Assembly: GCA_001788295.1 (NCBI GenBank)
Contig: MGBO01000021.1
Span: 212,865-271,631, forward strand
DNA from: Candidatus Roizmanbacteria bacterium RIFOXYC1_FULL_41_16
GTDB taxonomy: Bacteria; Patescibacteriota; Microgenomatia; UBA1406
DNA length: 58,767 bases
Reading direction: 5' to 3'
Below, one piece after another: positions 36,001 through 43,321 of the stretch. The notes under the pieces are model-generated. The model was not told the DNA's origin and did no database searches. It saw nothing but the letters and a program-made list of their open reading frames with translations. Numbering within the stretch: position 1 is the first letter of the stretch; each line of letters begins with the position of its first letter. The position numbers and the translations under genes were made by a program.

Positions 36001-37184
36001 TCAGCCTTGGTATCATTGTTGAAATTGACTGTTGAACTGGTTAATGTTTCCCAGGTTTTTGAGCTTGTACTATAGCGATAAAAACCGTTCGCATTGTGTC
36101 CTCGATGATAGTAAACATAACCGTTGTCGTAAACTAAATCAGCGCCGCTTCCTGGGGCAATTGGCAAGTCAATCTCACCTAGAAATTCATTATTGGCAAT
36201 GTCGTATTTCCAGAAGTCATATAAACCACTGCCCCGGAAAACATATAAATAACCGTCCGCCGCATTATAAACATTGCCCACGTAAGCCGTTGCCTGCGGT
36301 AGTGTCACCAAAGATTCCCAGGTGTTCGTACTGATTTGGTACCGATAGAAGCCGGTGGTTGAAGCATAATCCCGCATAAAATAAATATAATCGCCATTAA
36401 TATCAATGTTGTGGTTGCCATACATCGGGTAAAAATCAGCCGGCACGCTGGTTAATGACGACCAGGTGTTACTGGCAATATTATATTTATAAAAATCCTG
36501 GTAATAGCCGCGAGGGACATAAAGCGAACCGTCTTGATAAACCATGTCTGAGCCTTGTTGTAAAGCGCCTGGCGGGTATGAAAGCGTGGTGAGCCAAGTA
36601 TTGGTGGAGGGATCATATCGCCAGAAATCCTGAGTCCAACCACCTTTGGTGGCGTAGATATAAGTGCCGTCGCTGACAATACTGGCGCCGTCTAATATTA
36701 AGTCCGGCAAATCAGCCAGGTCTTCCCAGCTATTATTAATAATCGAATAACGGCTGAATTCATTTTGATAACCGCCATAAATGGCATAAATGTAATTACC
36801 CATTATAGTTAAACTGGTGCCGTTGTACGCACCATGAGGGGCTGATGCTAGTTCTTGCCATCGGTCTTCGTTTGGCAAATAGCGGGCAAAATACCGGTCA
36901 AAACCAGCCAAAATATAAACATAGTTGCCGTCGCTGACAACTCCGGTTTGATTGGTCAAAGGAATTTTGGGCGTTTTCCACGAGCGGGCGCCCCAGCTAC
37001 CGGCTGACTTAAGTTTGATTTCCCCTTCTTTACTGGCTGCTTCGGTATTGGTAAAAGTGCCGGTTTCAAAATCGGTTTTGGCAGTTAAAGTACTGGTAGT
37101 TGCCTGCACAGAATAAGGCATTATCACTGTTATGATCATAGCCATCAGTAAGATTGCAACTCTATTAATTTGCCGACTGTTCAT
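30033..37184 (-). CDS. giant secreted protein (2383 aa): multiple Kelch-type beta-propeller arrays interleaved with and followed by FN3-like domains
   Basis: Signal-peptide-like N-terminus (VAILLMAMIITVIMPYSVQA). Dozens of repeats of about 45-50 aa follow, for example GNYIYAIYGGYQNEFSRYSIINNSWEDL, GTYIYATKGGWTQDFWRYDPSTNTWLT and DGSLYVPRGYYQDFYKYNIASNTWSSL. The C-terminal third has at least 5 FN3 / purple-acid-phosphatase-N-like units (AIIVWSTNRTSNSFVQYGKSSGTY...HSVELTGLDPGATYYFKA). Confidence 0.85.
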   Translation of the reverse strand: MNSRQINRVAILLMAMIITVIMPYSVQATTSTLTAKTDFETGTFTNTEAASKEGEIKLKSAGSWGARSWKTPKIPLTNQTGVVSDGNYVYILAGFDRYFARYLPNEDRWQELASAPHGAYNGTSLTIMGNYIYAIYGGYQNEFSRYSIINNSWEDLADLPDLILDGASIVSDGTYIYATKGGWTQDFWRYDPSTNTWLTTLSYPPGALQQGSDMVYQDGSLYVPRGYYQDFYKYNIASNTWSSLTSVPADFYPMYGNHNIDINGDYIYFMRDYASTTGFYRYQISTNTWESLVTLPQATAYVGNVYNAADGYLYVFRGSGLYDFWKYDIANNEFLGEIDLPIAPGSGADLVYDNGYVYYHRGHNANGFYRYSTSSKTWETLTSSTVNFNNDTKAELANGTIYFYLGNSTAAFYSYNIAGNSWAQLADAPSNAYYGGALVYPGSGDFLYGTRGSMTTSFWRYSISGNSWSDVAVADLPDNAEAGFGSRLISDGTDLYYTSGYGTSEILKYSITGNTWTKLNNLPFAPYWGTDISYYNGKIYAQAGYYKGDLWEYSIANNSWRYLLPMATYGPTEIGPWNGGSLVNDGSGNFYSIYGMDVLRMQTFSVSANNYQTSGTWTSAVLDLTHVDSWTSLTTSMATPGDADLVFQTRSSSDQITWTDWETVSGGAISSTPNQYLQIKAAFTSSSDNSQTPVLYSVTVDYTGDANPPSNPSSLTALSSQVGGSTLISGNSYGHAHPYFTWSGALDAETEVSGYYVYFGSSNTADPETEGSYQISTNYMVTTPMANGTYYLIIQTKDSLGNVSAAETLFTYVYQGVSPPQTLTQTLTEDFSQGTLDNVSTSSDQIKLSSKSSFWENERLMYSPAGVYLGSEFAYIASSNKLYLLRGYNTTTFYEYDLTTDVWTTKAVTPSAAYYGSDLAEGPAGYLYALKGLNTSGFWRYDIANDTWSDAAATDFPQSTSYGATLISTGDRYIYALRGNGDDAFYRYDTLTDLWEQKANIDFGATSVQINNLVQAGADLAYDGADTIYAIQGNSRTGFSAYSITSDQWLVLPNAPFIESSGARIEYDSTTNAVYYFPGNNKTFFYKYSIDNQTWSELTEVPGPISYGSTMKNVNGELYVMRGGGAQTLYKYNIAKASWQTPQVGLFGGWYRGSDSRTFNYGADIIKGNGNYFYFTRGNFDNTFFRYNETTAEVVQMADAPSSFYYGTELVYDSVNNQIYATSNYYDRKFYKYDIATDIWSEITTDPPPYDPYVGSAMVFDGAQYIYWLRGNANTFYRYNLQGEAASRWELLTNAPSTMSYGADLVYRNGYIYAIRGGTGLTFYRYDPAANTWNDAVVADLPTGYGIYNDGFLVDGGGDYLYACRGWNQKDCLRYSLTNNTWEVISDVYAPYISAGGAAASNGVDKIYVIPGSGGNNTFTNGLYTLVMQTNNSSFEENGSYISLVHDLTSVYRFADLALTYTSGTNTTLTVSSRSSADNETWSSWVTSTEEKQVANNYTYKINSAVNRYLQLKFELASGDGIYSGVISDYTVNYYQDVTLPSNPSDTGFNAYTTATQAATLTTETWANSSAPYFNWAAAEAAYGASDGEGGSGIAGYYVYLGTDSEANASESGTLVIDPEYTASNLASGETYYLRIQAIDDSDNFAPTNWQPFIYKYDNVVPENPTTIVVTPSGYTNVNDYTFSWSGASDSASLIRRYWYKTGPAGTEMSTVEATASGVVKYTTGTNTLYLQAEDYAGNRASSWVTASYYYSGTAAGAPTNLRITYPVSGSSNTVNEFAFAWDPPSIYYGQQASLRYHYWINRLPSADTAENALGLAVTYLSKGAYAQDPGQNTLYVVAEDEAGNLDYNNYSSITFTSSTSSPGVPRNLDISDVSIKETSAWRLALSWDQPESSGSGIAEYRIYRSSVEDAECNSEAASDTDFTYIASTSQTSYVDTGLTQETKYYCVNACNYTGGKGCGISSDTVSLYPDGRWRVAPALTASPSATIKTKSAIIVWSTNRTSNSFVQYGKSSGTYGEETGSSTQVTSHSVELTGLDPGATYYFKALWTDEDGNSGSSDEISFTTNPAPTVSQVTTSNVSIYGANVTFTIANAIKATVEYGLDLNYGGSQSISIAKNESTHTVILSDLTEGSAYNFRIKAEDDEANVYYSDNYTFETLPVPKILALKVQQVVGMPKATLRLLWTTNTDVSSIITYYPSLYPESAKDYINLTLKKTHEVIIQDLQDETDYTLLVSGKDLVGNEAGYPDQKVKTATDFRPPLIENFNLETTVVGVGDEARAKLVITWDTDEPSTTQVEYAQGTSGTYSQTTQEDKALTSNHVVTITGLRPSTIYHLRAISKDKAKNATRSEDTVVITPKSTKGALELVVDNLSKSFGFLKGVKVK

Positions 37185-37480
37185 GCTAATAATTCACTGG
37201 TAATTTTTGATAATTCATTCTGACTGATCACCTGTTGGTTTAATTTCCATCTTAAGCCGCGTCCGGCCTTGGGCCGGCCCCAAGCAATCACCAGTCTCTC
37301 CCCCAATATTTTTTGCCGCGAAAGCGAGGAAAATAACCCGCCCAAACTCTTGCCTTTGAGACCGATTTTGGCACCAGAATCGGTTGAGGAAATAATGCCT
37401 TTGGGGCTTTTGGCCAACAACAACAAAGCCCGCAACTGATTGGGGCTCAACCGATGTAACTTATCGATCACAGAGCTCAT
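37181..37480 (-). CDS. hypothetical small basic protein, first gene of the giant-protein operon
   Basis: 99-aa ORF whose stop overlaps the start of the giant gene by 4 nt. It sits directly behind a canonical promoter. It may be helix-turn-helix-like (LSPNQLRALLLLAKSPKG), which is unverified. Confidence 0.5.
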   Translation of the reverse strand: MSSVIDKLHRLSPNQLRALLLLAKSPKGIISSTDSGAKIGLKGKSLGGLFSSLSRQKILGERLVIAWGRPKAGRGLRWKLNQQVISQNELSKITSELLA

Positions 37481-37488
37481 TATTAATC

Positions 37489-37517
37489 AGTATATTGATG
37501 CACTCAATGGATGTCAA
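37489..37517 (-). promoter_or_regulatory. sigma70-like promoter, leaderless geometry
   Basis: Minus strand reads TTGACA (37517..37512), a 17-nt spacer, TATACT (37494..37489), 8 nt, then ATG at 37480. Confidence 0.5.
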
Positions 37518-37623
37518 GTACTATATATATAGATTGTATCTGTTCTATTACTTGTATCTAATGTATATAATGCACTTTAAAATAGACTATTAAATAAAGC
37601 TATTATCAGGATTTTGTCGGAAA

Positions 37624-38205
37624 TCAGCCAACCATTACTTCTTCGTCGGTTCGGCGATATTTGAGAATTTCCTCTTTTTTAAACCATAAAGGAATTTCGT
37701 ATTTCGCCTCCTCCACTGTGCCTGAAGCGTGCATCATGTTGCGAATGGCGCGCTTGGCGGTATTTGCCAAAAAGGACGAGTCAAAAGCAAAGTCGCCGCG
37801 AATGGTGCCCGGAGGCGCGATCAAAGGCAAAGTGTGACCGCAAAGTTTGCGGACGAGCTCAACGCTGTGCGGCGCTTCCAGAACATAGGCCATTACCGGG
37901 CCTTCCTGAATATAACCGATCAGCCACTCTCTAATCATTTTACCGATCTCAAGCGGACTGTCTGTGCCTAATTTTTCAACCGGATCAGCGCCCATTTGCG
38001 CATAATTTTCCAAGGTTTTGTTACCCATCCCTTTGAGAAATTCTTCCCGGTCGGCCGGATAGTGTTTTACAGCCAATTCCTGACTGACTCGGGTTAATTT
38101 GGCGGCCACAATTTTTAGGCCGGTTTTTTCAAAACGAGAAGTAATTTCACCCACCAAACCGCGCGCCACGCCATCGAATTTGACCAAGACTAAAGTTTGC
38201 TCCAT
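37624..38205 (-). CDS. ndk: nucleoside-diphosphate kinase (long variant)
   Basis: Motifs LVLVKFDGVARGLVGEITSRFEKTGLKIVAAKL and PGTIRGDFA, plus the active-site His context RNMMHASG. At 193 aa it is longer than the usual 140-150 aa. Confidence 0.78.
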   Translation of the reverse strand: MEQTLVLVKFDGVARGLVGEITSRFEKTGLKIVAAKLTRVSQELAVKHYPADREEFLKGMGNKTLENYAQMGADPVEKLGTDSPLEIGKMIREWLIGYIQEGPVMAYVLEAPHSVELVRKLCGHTLPLIAPPGTIRGDFAFDSSFLANTAKRAIRNMMHASGTVEEAKYEIPLWFKKEEILKYRRTDEEVMVG

Positions 38206-38239
38206 ATATTTATTAAATTAATAATTATTTATATTTTAA

Positions 38240-39499
38240 CTAAATTTTGATCTTTTTGTGCGGACTAATTAAGGCCAAATTCAGTTTATCCGGTTTTAAG
38301 ATCTGCTTTGCCAGCTCAATCACCTCTTCCAAACTCACCTGATCAATTTTATTAAGAACCGTTTCCAAATCTTTTTCCGACTGATCAAATAATTCCCGTT
38401 TGCCAAAAAAAGAGGCCAGATCAAATGAATCCTCGAGCGCCAAAATCGTGCGGCCCTTAATCATTTCTTTGGCTTTGTTGAGTTCGTCTTTTTTTAGTTT
38501 GGCCTGAATTATTTTTTGCTGCTCCTTAATGATCAAACTGATCGCCTGCTCAATCTTCACTTGGCTGACATTGACGCCGGCGCGGGTATACATGTAGCCG
38601 GTTTCCTCGTAAAGCTCCATCCCTGATTGGATGTAATAACACAGCCCCCGGCGCTCCCGCAATTCATAGAAAAGGCGGCTGCTCATGCCGCCCCCAAGAA
38701 TGGCCGTCAAAACATTAAGACCATATTTGTGACGACTGGAGCGGGAAAAGGCCGGATAACCAATCACAAAATGTGCTTGCTCGGTGGCCTTGGAGATCAG
38801 GTTTGTTTGCGGCCGGGCCTGTTGCTGATTAATGGGGACAAATTCTTGAGTGGGTTTTGGCTGCCAAGATCCAAACTTAGCCTCAATCTGCTCTTTAATA
38901 GTTGATTCCTGACCATTCAAACCACCGGCGACCACCAAGACCGCGTTATTGGGGCGGTAAAGACAATCCATATAATTGGTAAAAGTTTGGCGATTAAAAC
39001 TAGACACGATTTCTTTAGTTCCGGTAGTGGGATAGCCCAGAGGGCTATGAGGAAAAATAATATCTTCAAAAACATCCCAAACCTTGTACTGTGGCAAATC
39101 CTCATACATATTAATCTCTTCAATAATAACTCCTTTTTCACGCTCAACTTCTTCAGATTTTAAAAGTGAATGCAGCAGCATCTCTGACAAAACATCAATC
39201 ACCGTGGCAAAATGCTTTAAGGGCGCCTTAATCCAATAGCCGGTGTGGTCTTTGCTGGTAAAGGCGTTTTGCTGGCTGCCGATTCCGTCTAATAGCGTCG
39301 AAATGGACAAGGCCGACGGATATTTTTGGCTGCCCTTAAAAGCCATATGCTCAAAAAAATGAGCAATGCCGTTGTTTTTCTTATTTTCGTAGCGGGAGCC
39401 CGCGCTCACCAACAGCAAAGTGGCCACTGACGGAAAAGCCTGAGTATCCAATAATAGTACCCGTAGGCCGTTTTTGAGCTTATATTCTGTTTTGATCAT
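38240..39499 (-). CDS. M16-family (pitrilysin-like) zinc peptidase
   Basis: Inverted zincin motif HFFEHMAFKG (HxxEH) with a downstream Glu region (EEVEREKGVIIEEI). Confidence 0.85.
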   Translation of the reverse strand: MIKTEYKLKNGLRVLLLDTQAFPSVATLLLVSAGSRYENKKNNGIAHFFEHMAFKGSQKYPSALSISTLLDGIGSQQNAFTSKDHTGYWIKAPLKHFATVIDVLSEMLLHSLLKSEEVEREKGVIIEEINMYEDLPQYKVWDVFEDIIFPHSPLGYPTTGTKEIVSSFNRQTFTNYMDCLYRPNNAVLVVAGGLNGQESTIKEQIEAKFGSWQPKPTQEFVPINQQQARPQTNLISKATEQAHFVIGYPAFSRSSRHKYGLNVLTAILGGGMSSRLFYELRERRGLCYYIQSGMELYEETGYMYTRAGVNVSQVKIEQAISLIIKEQQKIIQAKLKKDELNKAKEMIKGRTILALEDSFDLASFFGKRELFDQSEKDLETVLNKIDQVSLEEVIELAKQILKPDKLNLALISPHKKIKI

Positions 39500-42024
39500 T
39501 TAATAATGAAGTTTAAAACTTTTCCCGGAACATAAATGTAGCGGTATTTTTGCAAAGCAAGATATTTTATGATTGACTGATGTGATAAAGCCAAATTCAG
39601 GATCTGTTTTTCGTTTTTGGCAATCTGGTTGTCTACCTTTAATAAAGCCCTAATCTTGCCATTAATCGAAATGGGTAGATTAATTTCAAGTTTTTGATCG
39701 TCCAGAGTTATTGAGTTTGGCCAGGCTTCCAAATGGATTGAAGTGGTTTTTTTAAACACTTTTTGCCAAATTTGCTCAGCCATAAATGGCGCAAAAGGCG
39801 CCAGCAATTTTAAGAACTTTTCGGCGTTGTGTTGCGCTAACCTTGTTTTTTGCCAGTCGTTGACAAACTCCATTAAGGTCGAAATTGCGGTATTAAACTT
39901 CACGTTGGTTATGTCCTTGTCCACCTTGTCAATCGTGGTTTGAAGCTTGGCAACAAGCGTTGAGTCCTCTTCGGCCGCTGTCTTGGCTATCTTAGCAGAG
40001 TCATTCAACAACTGATAAACTTTTTGCAAGAAGCGCCTGGCACCAAGCAAATTATTAGTAGACCAACCGATTTCCTGAGAAAAAGGCGCCATGAACATCT
40101 CGTAAAGCCTCAAACTATCAGCTCCGTACTTCTCCACCACCTCGTCCGGATTAATGACGTTGCCCACACTCTTACTCATTTTGCGATGATCTTCGGCCAA
40201 AACCATACCGACGTTTTTCAAACGTAGAAACGGCTCGCGAAAATCAAGTATTTTTAAATCATTTAAAACATGAACCCAAAAACGGGCGTATAAAAGATGC
40301 AGGACCGCGTGCTCGGCGCCACCCAAATACCAGTCGACTGGCAAATAGGGGGAATTGCCTATTGCCTTGCTCCGTAACACCCCCGGGGTGTGGTTTTGAG
40401 CGAAGTGGAGGAAATACCAGCAGGAACCGGCCCAGTTGGGCATCGTGTCGGTTTCCCGCTTGGCCGGACCTTTACAATGTGGACAGCTGACCTTCAGCCA
40501 ATCGCCACTTTTAGCCAAAGGCGACTGACCATCACTACTGGGCTCGTATTTTTGTAAATGCGGTAGTTCCAAAGGTAATTCTGTTTCTTTGATCGGAAAC
40601 CAACCATAAAGATTGGCACGAAATTTGAGTAGACGTTTAAGAGTGGCCTGGTAAAGTTGAGGATTAGTTTTATTAATTTTTTCTAGCTCTATCTCATACT
40701 CTTCTGTATCAAAATAGCTCTTTTTTTGCTCGGCACAGACTTTACAATAAACCATTGGAATCGGTTCGCCCCAGTAACGCTGGCGGGAAAAAATCCAGTC
40801 CCGCAAATGATAATTGATTTGCCAAAGAGCCAGTTTTTGATCAATCAGCCATTGGGCCATTTTTTGCTTGCCCGCTCCACTGGCAGACAAATGATTAAAT
40901 TGATCAGAGTTGATAATTTTGTCGTTTTTAATGACCTCAATAACAGGCAGCTGGTATTTTTTGGCAAAGGCCAGATCTCGCTCGTCGTGAGCCGGAACGC
41001 CCATCACCGCCGCCGTACCAACATTGGAAAGAACATAATCAGCCACCCAAATCGGCACTGTCTGACCATTGACCGGATTGATAGCATAGCAGCCGGTGAA
41101 AACGCCGGTTTTGGCTTTTTCTTCTTTGAGCCGTTGCTCATCGGTTTTGCGTAACGCTTGTTCAACATAATCGTTAACTGCCTTGGGAAAACGTTTTTTG
41201 GCTAAGCCTTCACTCACCCATGAATGTTCCGGGGCCATGACCAAAAAAGTGACTCCAAACAAAGTTTCCCAAAACCTGGTCCAGACAGTAATTGGCTCTT
41301 TCGTATGTTTATCAGTAAAATGGATGTTTAAACCCTTGTCTTTGCCAATCCAATTTTTCTGCATTTGCAAAATGCCATTGGGCCAATTTAAATCTTTAAG
41401 AGTCGAAAGCAAGCTGTCGCTGTAGTCGGTAATTTTGAAAAGCCACTGAGGTAAATTTTTACGGGTAATCGGTTTGCCACATCTTTCGTGAGTGCCGTTA
41501 GCCAAAACTTCCTCCTCGGCTAAACCGGTACGGCAGCTGTCACAATAATAGACCGGGGTATTTTTTTTATAGAGCAAGCCCAAGCGGAAAAACTGCAAAA
41601 ACAATTCCTGGGTATGACGATAGTATTGCGGATCAGTCGTCGATAACTGCCGTTGCCAATCGTAAGACAAGCCCAGCCGCTGCATCTGCTTTTTGAAATT
41701 GATAATGTTTTGCGGCACCATTTCCATCGGATTTTTTTTGGCTTTGATGGCCGCGTTTTCGGCCGGCAAACCAAAAGCATCAAAACCCATTGGGTGCAAC
41801 ACGTCGTAACCTTTCATTCGTAAATAACGCGCCAAAACATCAGTACCTGTATAAATACGAACGTGACCAACATGCAATCCAGAGCCTGAGGGATAAGGAA
41901 ACATCGCCAAAACATAACGTTTTTTTTCCGGTCTTGGCTGGCTGGGTGTTTGGTAAATCTTGTTTTTTTCCCAATAAACCTGCCAACTATCTTCAAATTC
42001 CTGAGGAACATAAGCAGTTGTCAT
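39496..42024 (-). CDS. leuS: leucyl-tRNA synthetase
   Basis: Motifs MFPYPSGSGLHVGHV (HIGH), KMSKSVGNVI (KMSKS) and GGAEHAVLHLLYARFW. The protein is 842 aa. Confidence 0.95.
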   Translation of the reverse strand: MTTAYVPQEFEDSWQVYWEKNKIYQTPSQPRPEKKRYVLAMFPYPSGSGLHVGHVRIYTGTDVLARYLRMKGYDVLHPMGFDAFGLPAENAAIKAKKNPMEMVPQNIINFKKQMQRLGLSYDWQRQLSTTDPQYYRHTQELFLQFFRLGLLYKKNTPVYYCDSCRTGLAEEEVLANGTHERCGKPITRKNLPQWLFKITDYSDSLLSTLKDLNWPNGILQMQKNWIGKDKGLNIHFTDKHTKEPITVWTRFWETLFGVTFLVMAPEHSWVSEGLAKKRFPKAVNDYVEQALRKTDEQRLKEEKAKTGVFTGCYAINPVNGQTVPIWVADYVLSNVGTAAVMGVPAHDERDLAFAKKYQLPVIEVIKNDKIINSDQFNHLSASGAGKQKMAQWLIDQKLALWQINYHLRDWIFSRQRYWGEPIPMVYCKVCAEQKKSYFDTEEYEIELEKINKTNPQLYQATLKRLLKFRANLYGWFPIKETELPLELPHLQKYEPSSDGQSPLAKSGDWLKVSCPHCKGPAKRETDTMPNWAGSCWYFLHFAQNHTPGVLRSKAIGNSPYLPVDWYLGGAEHAVLHLLYARFWVHVLNDLKILDFREPFLRLKNVGMVLAEDHRKMSKSVGNVINPDEVVEKYGADSLRLYEMFMAPFSQEIGWSTNNLLGARRFLQKVYQLLNDSAKIAKTAAEEDSTLVAKLQTTIDKVDKDITNVKFNTAISTLMEFVNDWQKTRLAQHNAEKFLKLLAPFAPFMAEQIWQKVFKKTTSIHLEAWPNSITLDDQKLEINLPISINGKIRALLKVDNQIAKNEKQILNLALSHQSIIKYLALQKYRYIYVPGKVLNFIIK
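40369..40391. repeat. REP-like palindromic element copy inside leuS
   Basis: gctccgtaacacccccggggtgt, identical to 17571..17593. It is translated in the same frame as HTPGVLRS. Confidence 0.75.
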
Positions 42025-42057
42025 ATCCAGAAATTATAGCAAACAAATTAAGAATAA

Positions 42058-42309
42058 TTAGTGACTAAAATTGACGTACAGGTTGCGTTCGGCCGAGGCA
42101 ACATTGAGAGTGTGACCATTTAGTTTCTCCATTGCCTCTCTGGCCTCATTTAGATTGCTCATTTCCACAAAACCATAACCGCGAGAACGACGGCGCTGAT
42201 CTTTGACAATCTCGACTTTGGCCACTAAACCGACCTTGGCAAAAACCTGTTTGAGATCAGCTTCAGTCGCGGGATAAGGAATGTTGCCAACATAAAGTTT
42301 GTTATTCAT
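42058..42309 (-). CDS. RRM-type RNA-binding protein
   Basis: RNP2 KLYVGNI and RNP1 RGYGFVEM, in an 83-aa protein. Confidence 0.85.
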   Translation of the reverse strand: MNNKLYVGNIPYPATEADLKQVFAKVGLVAKVEIVKDQRRRSRGYGFVEMSNLNEAREAMEKLNGHTLNVASAERNLYVNFSH

Positions 42310-43321
42310 GTTTGAGCTTGGACTTTAGAAATAATAATAGCACAAACGCGAAAATAAACAAAAGCAAAACCGTTTTAGTGAGCTTGATTGGCAGGGCCCA
42401 GAATTCGCTCTGACCAAAAATCTTTTGATTGGCGCCGGCAAAACCGATGTCAGCCGACAACTGATATTTGCCAAAATAAAAACCGCGAAAAACCGCGCTC
42501 GGCTGAGTTTGACAATGCCCACAACTATCCAACTCCCGTGTCGTCAGCAATCGTTGCGAACTGCTCAAAACATTAACGGCCAGCATTTTTTTGCTTTTAT
42601 TAATCCCAAAAGGGCCTTTGACCTGAATCTTTGCGTCCGGAGTAATTAAAAACGCACCGGTATTGGCCAGTTTTAAAACGACCGGAACTTCGTCGGTAGG
42701 CTCAACCACTAAAAAAGTTTTGCCAAAAAGCCGGAACTGGTAACGCGGAACAATTTGAAACTGGGCCACCTTGACGCTCGACGGAGTCAGGCCGGTGTTA
42801 GTAACACTGATTAAAATATTGGCGCCAATCATGGCGCTTCCGCGGCCGGTAGTGGCCTGACTTGTAGGCGGCTCGCTAACCATTAATAAGGTGTAATAAT
42901 AGTCCCCTTCAGGCGCGTTGTCTGTGGTTCGGATTTTCACAATTGCCTGAGCAGTGTCGCGACTGGGCAAAAAGAATTTGTCGCCCAGCCTTTTGTCCGA
43001 ATTTTCCAAAGAAAAGCGAACTGGACCCTCGGCTTGATCCAATAATTGCAGATTGCCCTGATCACCGCGAGGCTTAAAGGAGACAATTTGAAATGAAAAA
43101 ATGCCGGGATCGCCCTGATTTTCAAAATTAAAAGCCTTAATCAGGCTGATATCGGGTTTGCTTAAAATATGCACCTGTGGTGGCAAAACGCTGATTTTAA
43201 CTTGTTGAGCCCTTGCTGATTGGGGCAAAACCAAAATTAAGAGCCAGATAAATAAATTCAGTACTTTGGCGCTTATTGTCAGCCCGTAACACCCCCGGGG
43301 TGTTGTTTGTGATTTTTTCAT
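42302..43321 (-). CDS. secreted protein with C-terminal TM anchor; paralogue of 49302..50282 (DUF916/DUF3324-like architecture)
   Basis: Signal peptide, a beta-rich body and a C-terminal helix (VLLLFIFAFVLLLFL). Blocks shared with 49302..50282 are NAPEGDYYYTLLM/NAKPGGRYVAIYF, KLANTGAFLITPDAKIQVKGPFG/EILNRGDYHITPKAVIAMSNAFG and FGKYQLS/FGRYKLS. Confidence 0.6.
   Translation of the reverse strand: MKKSQTTPRGCYGLTISAKVLNLFIWLLILVLPQSARAQQVKISVLPPQVHILSKPDISLIKAFNFENQGDPGIFSFQIVSFKPRGDQGNLQLLDQAEGPVRFSLENSDKRLGDKFFLPSRDTAQAIVKIRTTDNAPEGDYYYTLLMVSEPPTSQATTGRGSAMIGANILISVTNTGLTPSSVKVAQFQIVPRYQFRLFGKTFLVVEPTDEVPVVLKLANTGAFLITPDAKIQVKGPFGINKSKKMLAVNVLSSSQRLLTTRELDSCGHCQTQPSAVFRGFYFGKYQLSADIGFAGANQKIFGQSEFWALPIKLTKTVLLLFIFAFVLLLFLKSKLKHE
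43283..43304. repeat. REP-like palindromic element copy at the 5' end of the CDS
   Basis: cccgtaacacccccggggtgtt lies 17 nt inside the ORF. It is translated as TTPRGCYG in the n-region of the signal peptide. Confidence 0.75.

Noticed and set aside
30554-36679. About 16 short ORFs on both strands inside the giant gene (for example 33078..33518, 35003..35308, 36032..36334).
   Set aside because: They are all nested within the uninterrupted 7152-nt minus-strand ORF, which has strong repeat and domain structure. None has a motif or promoter of its own.
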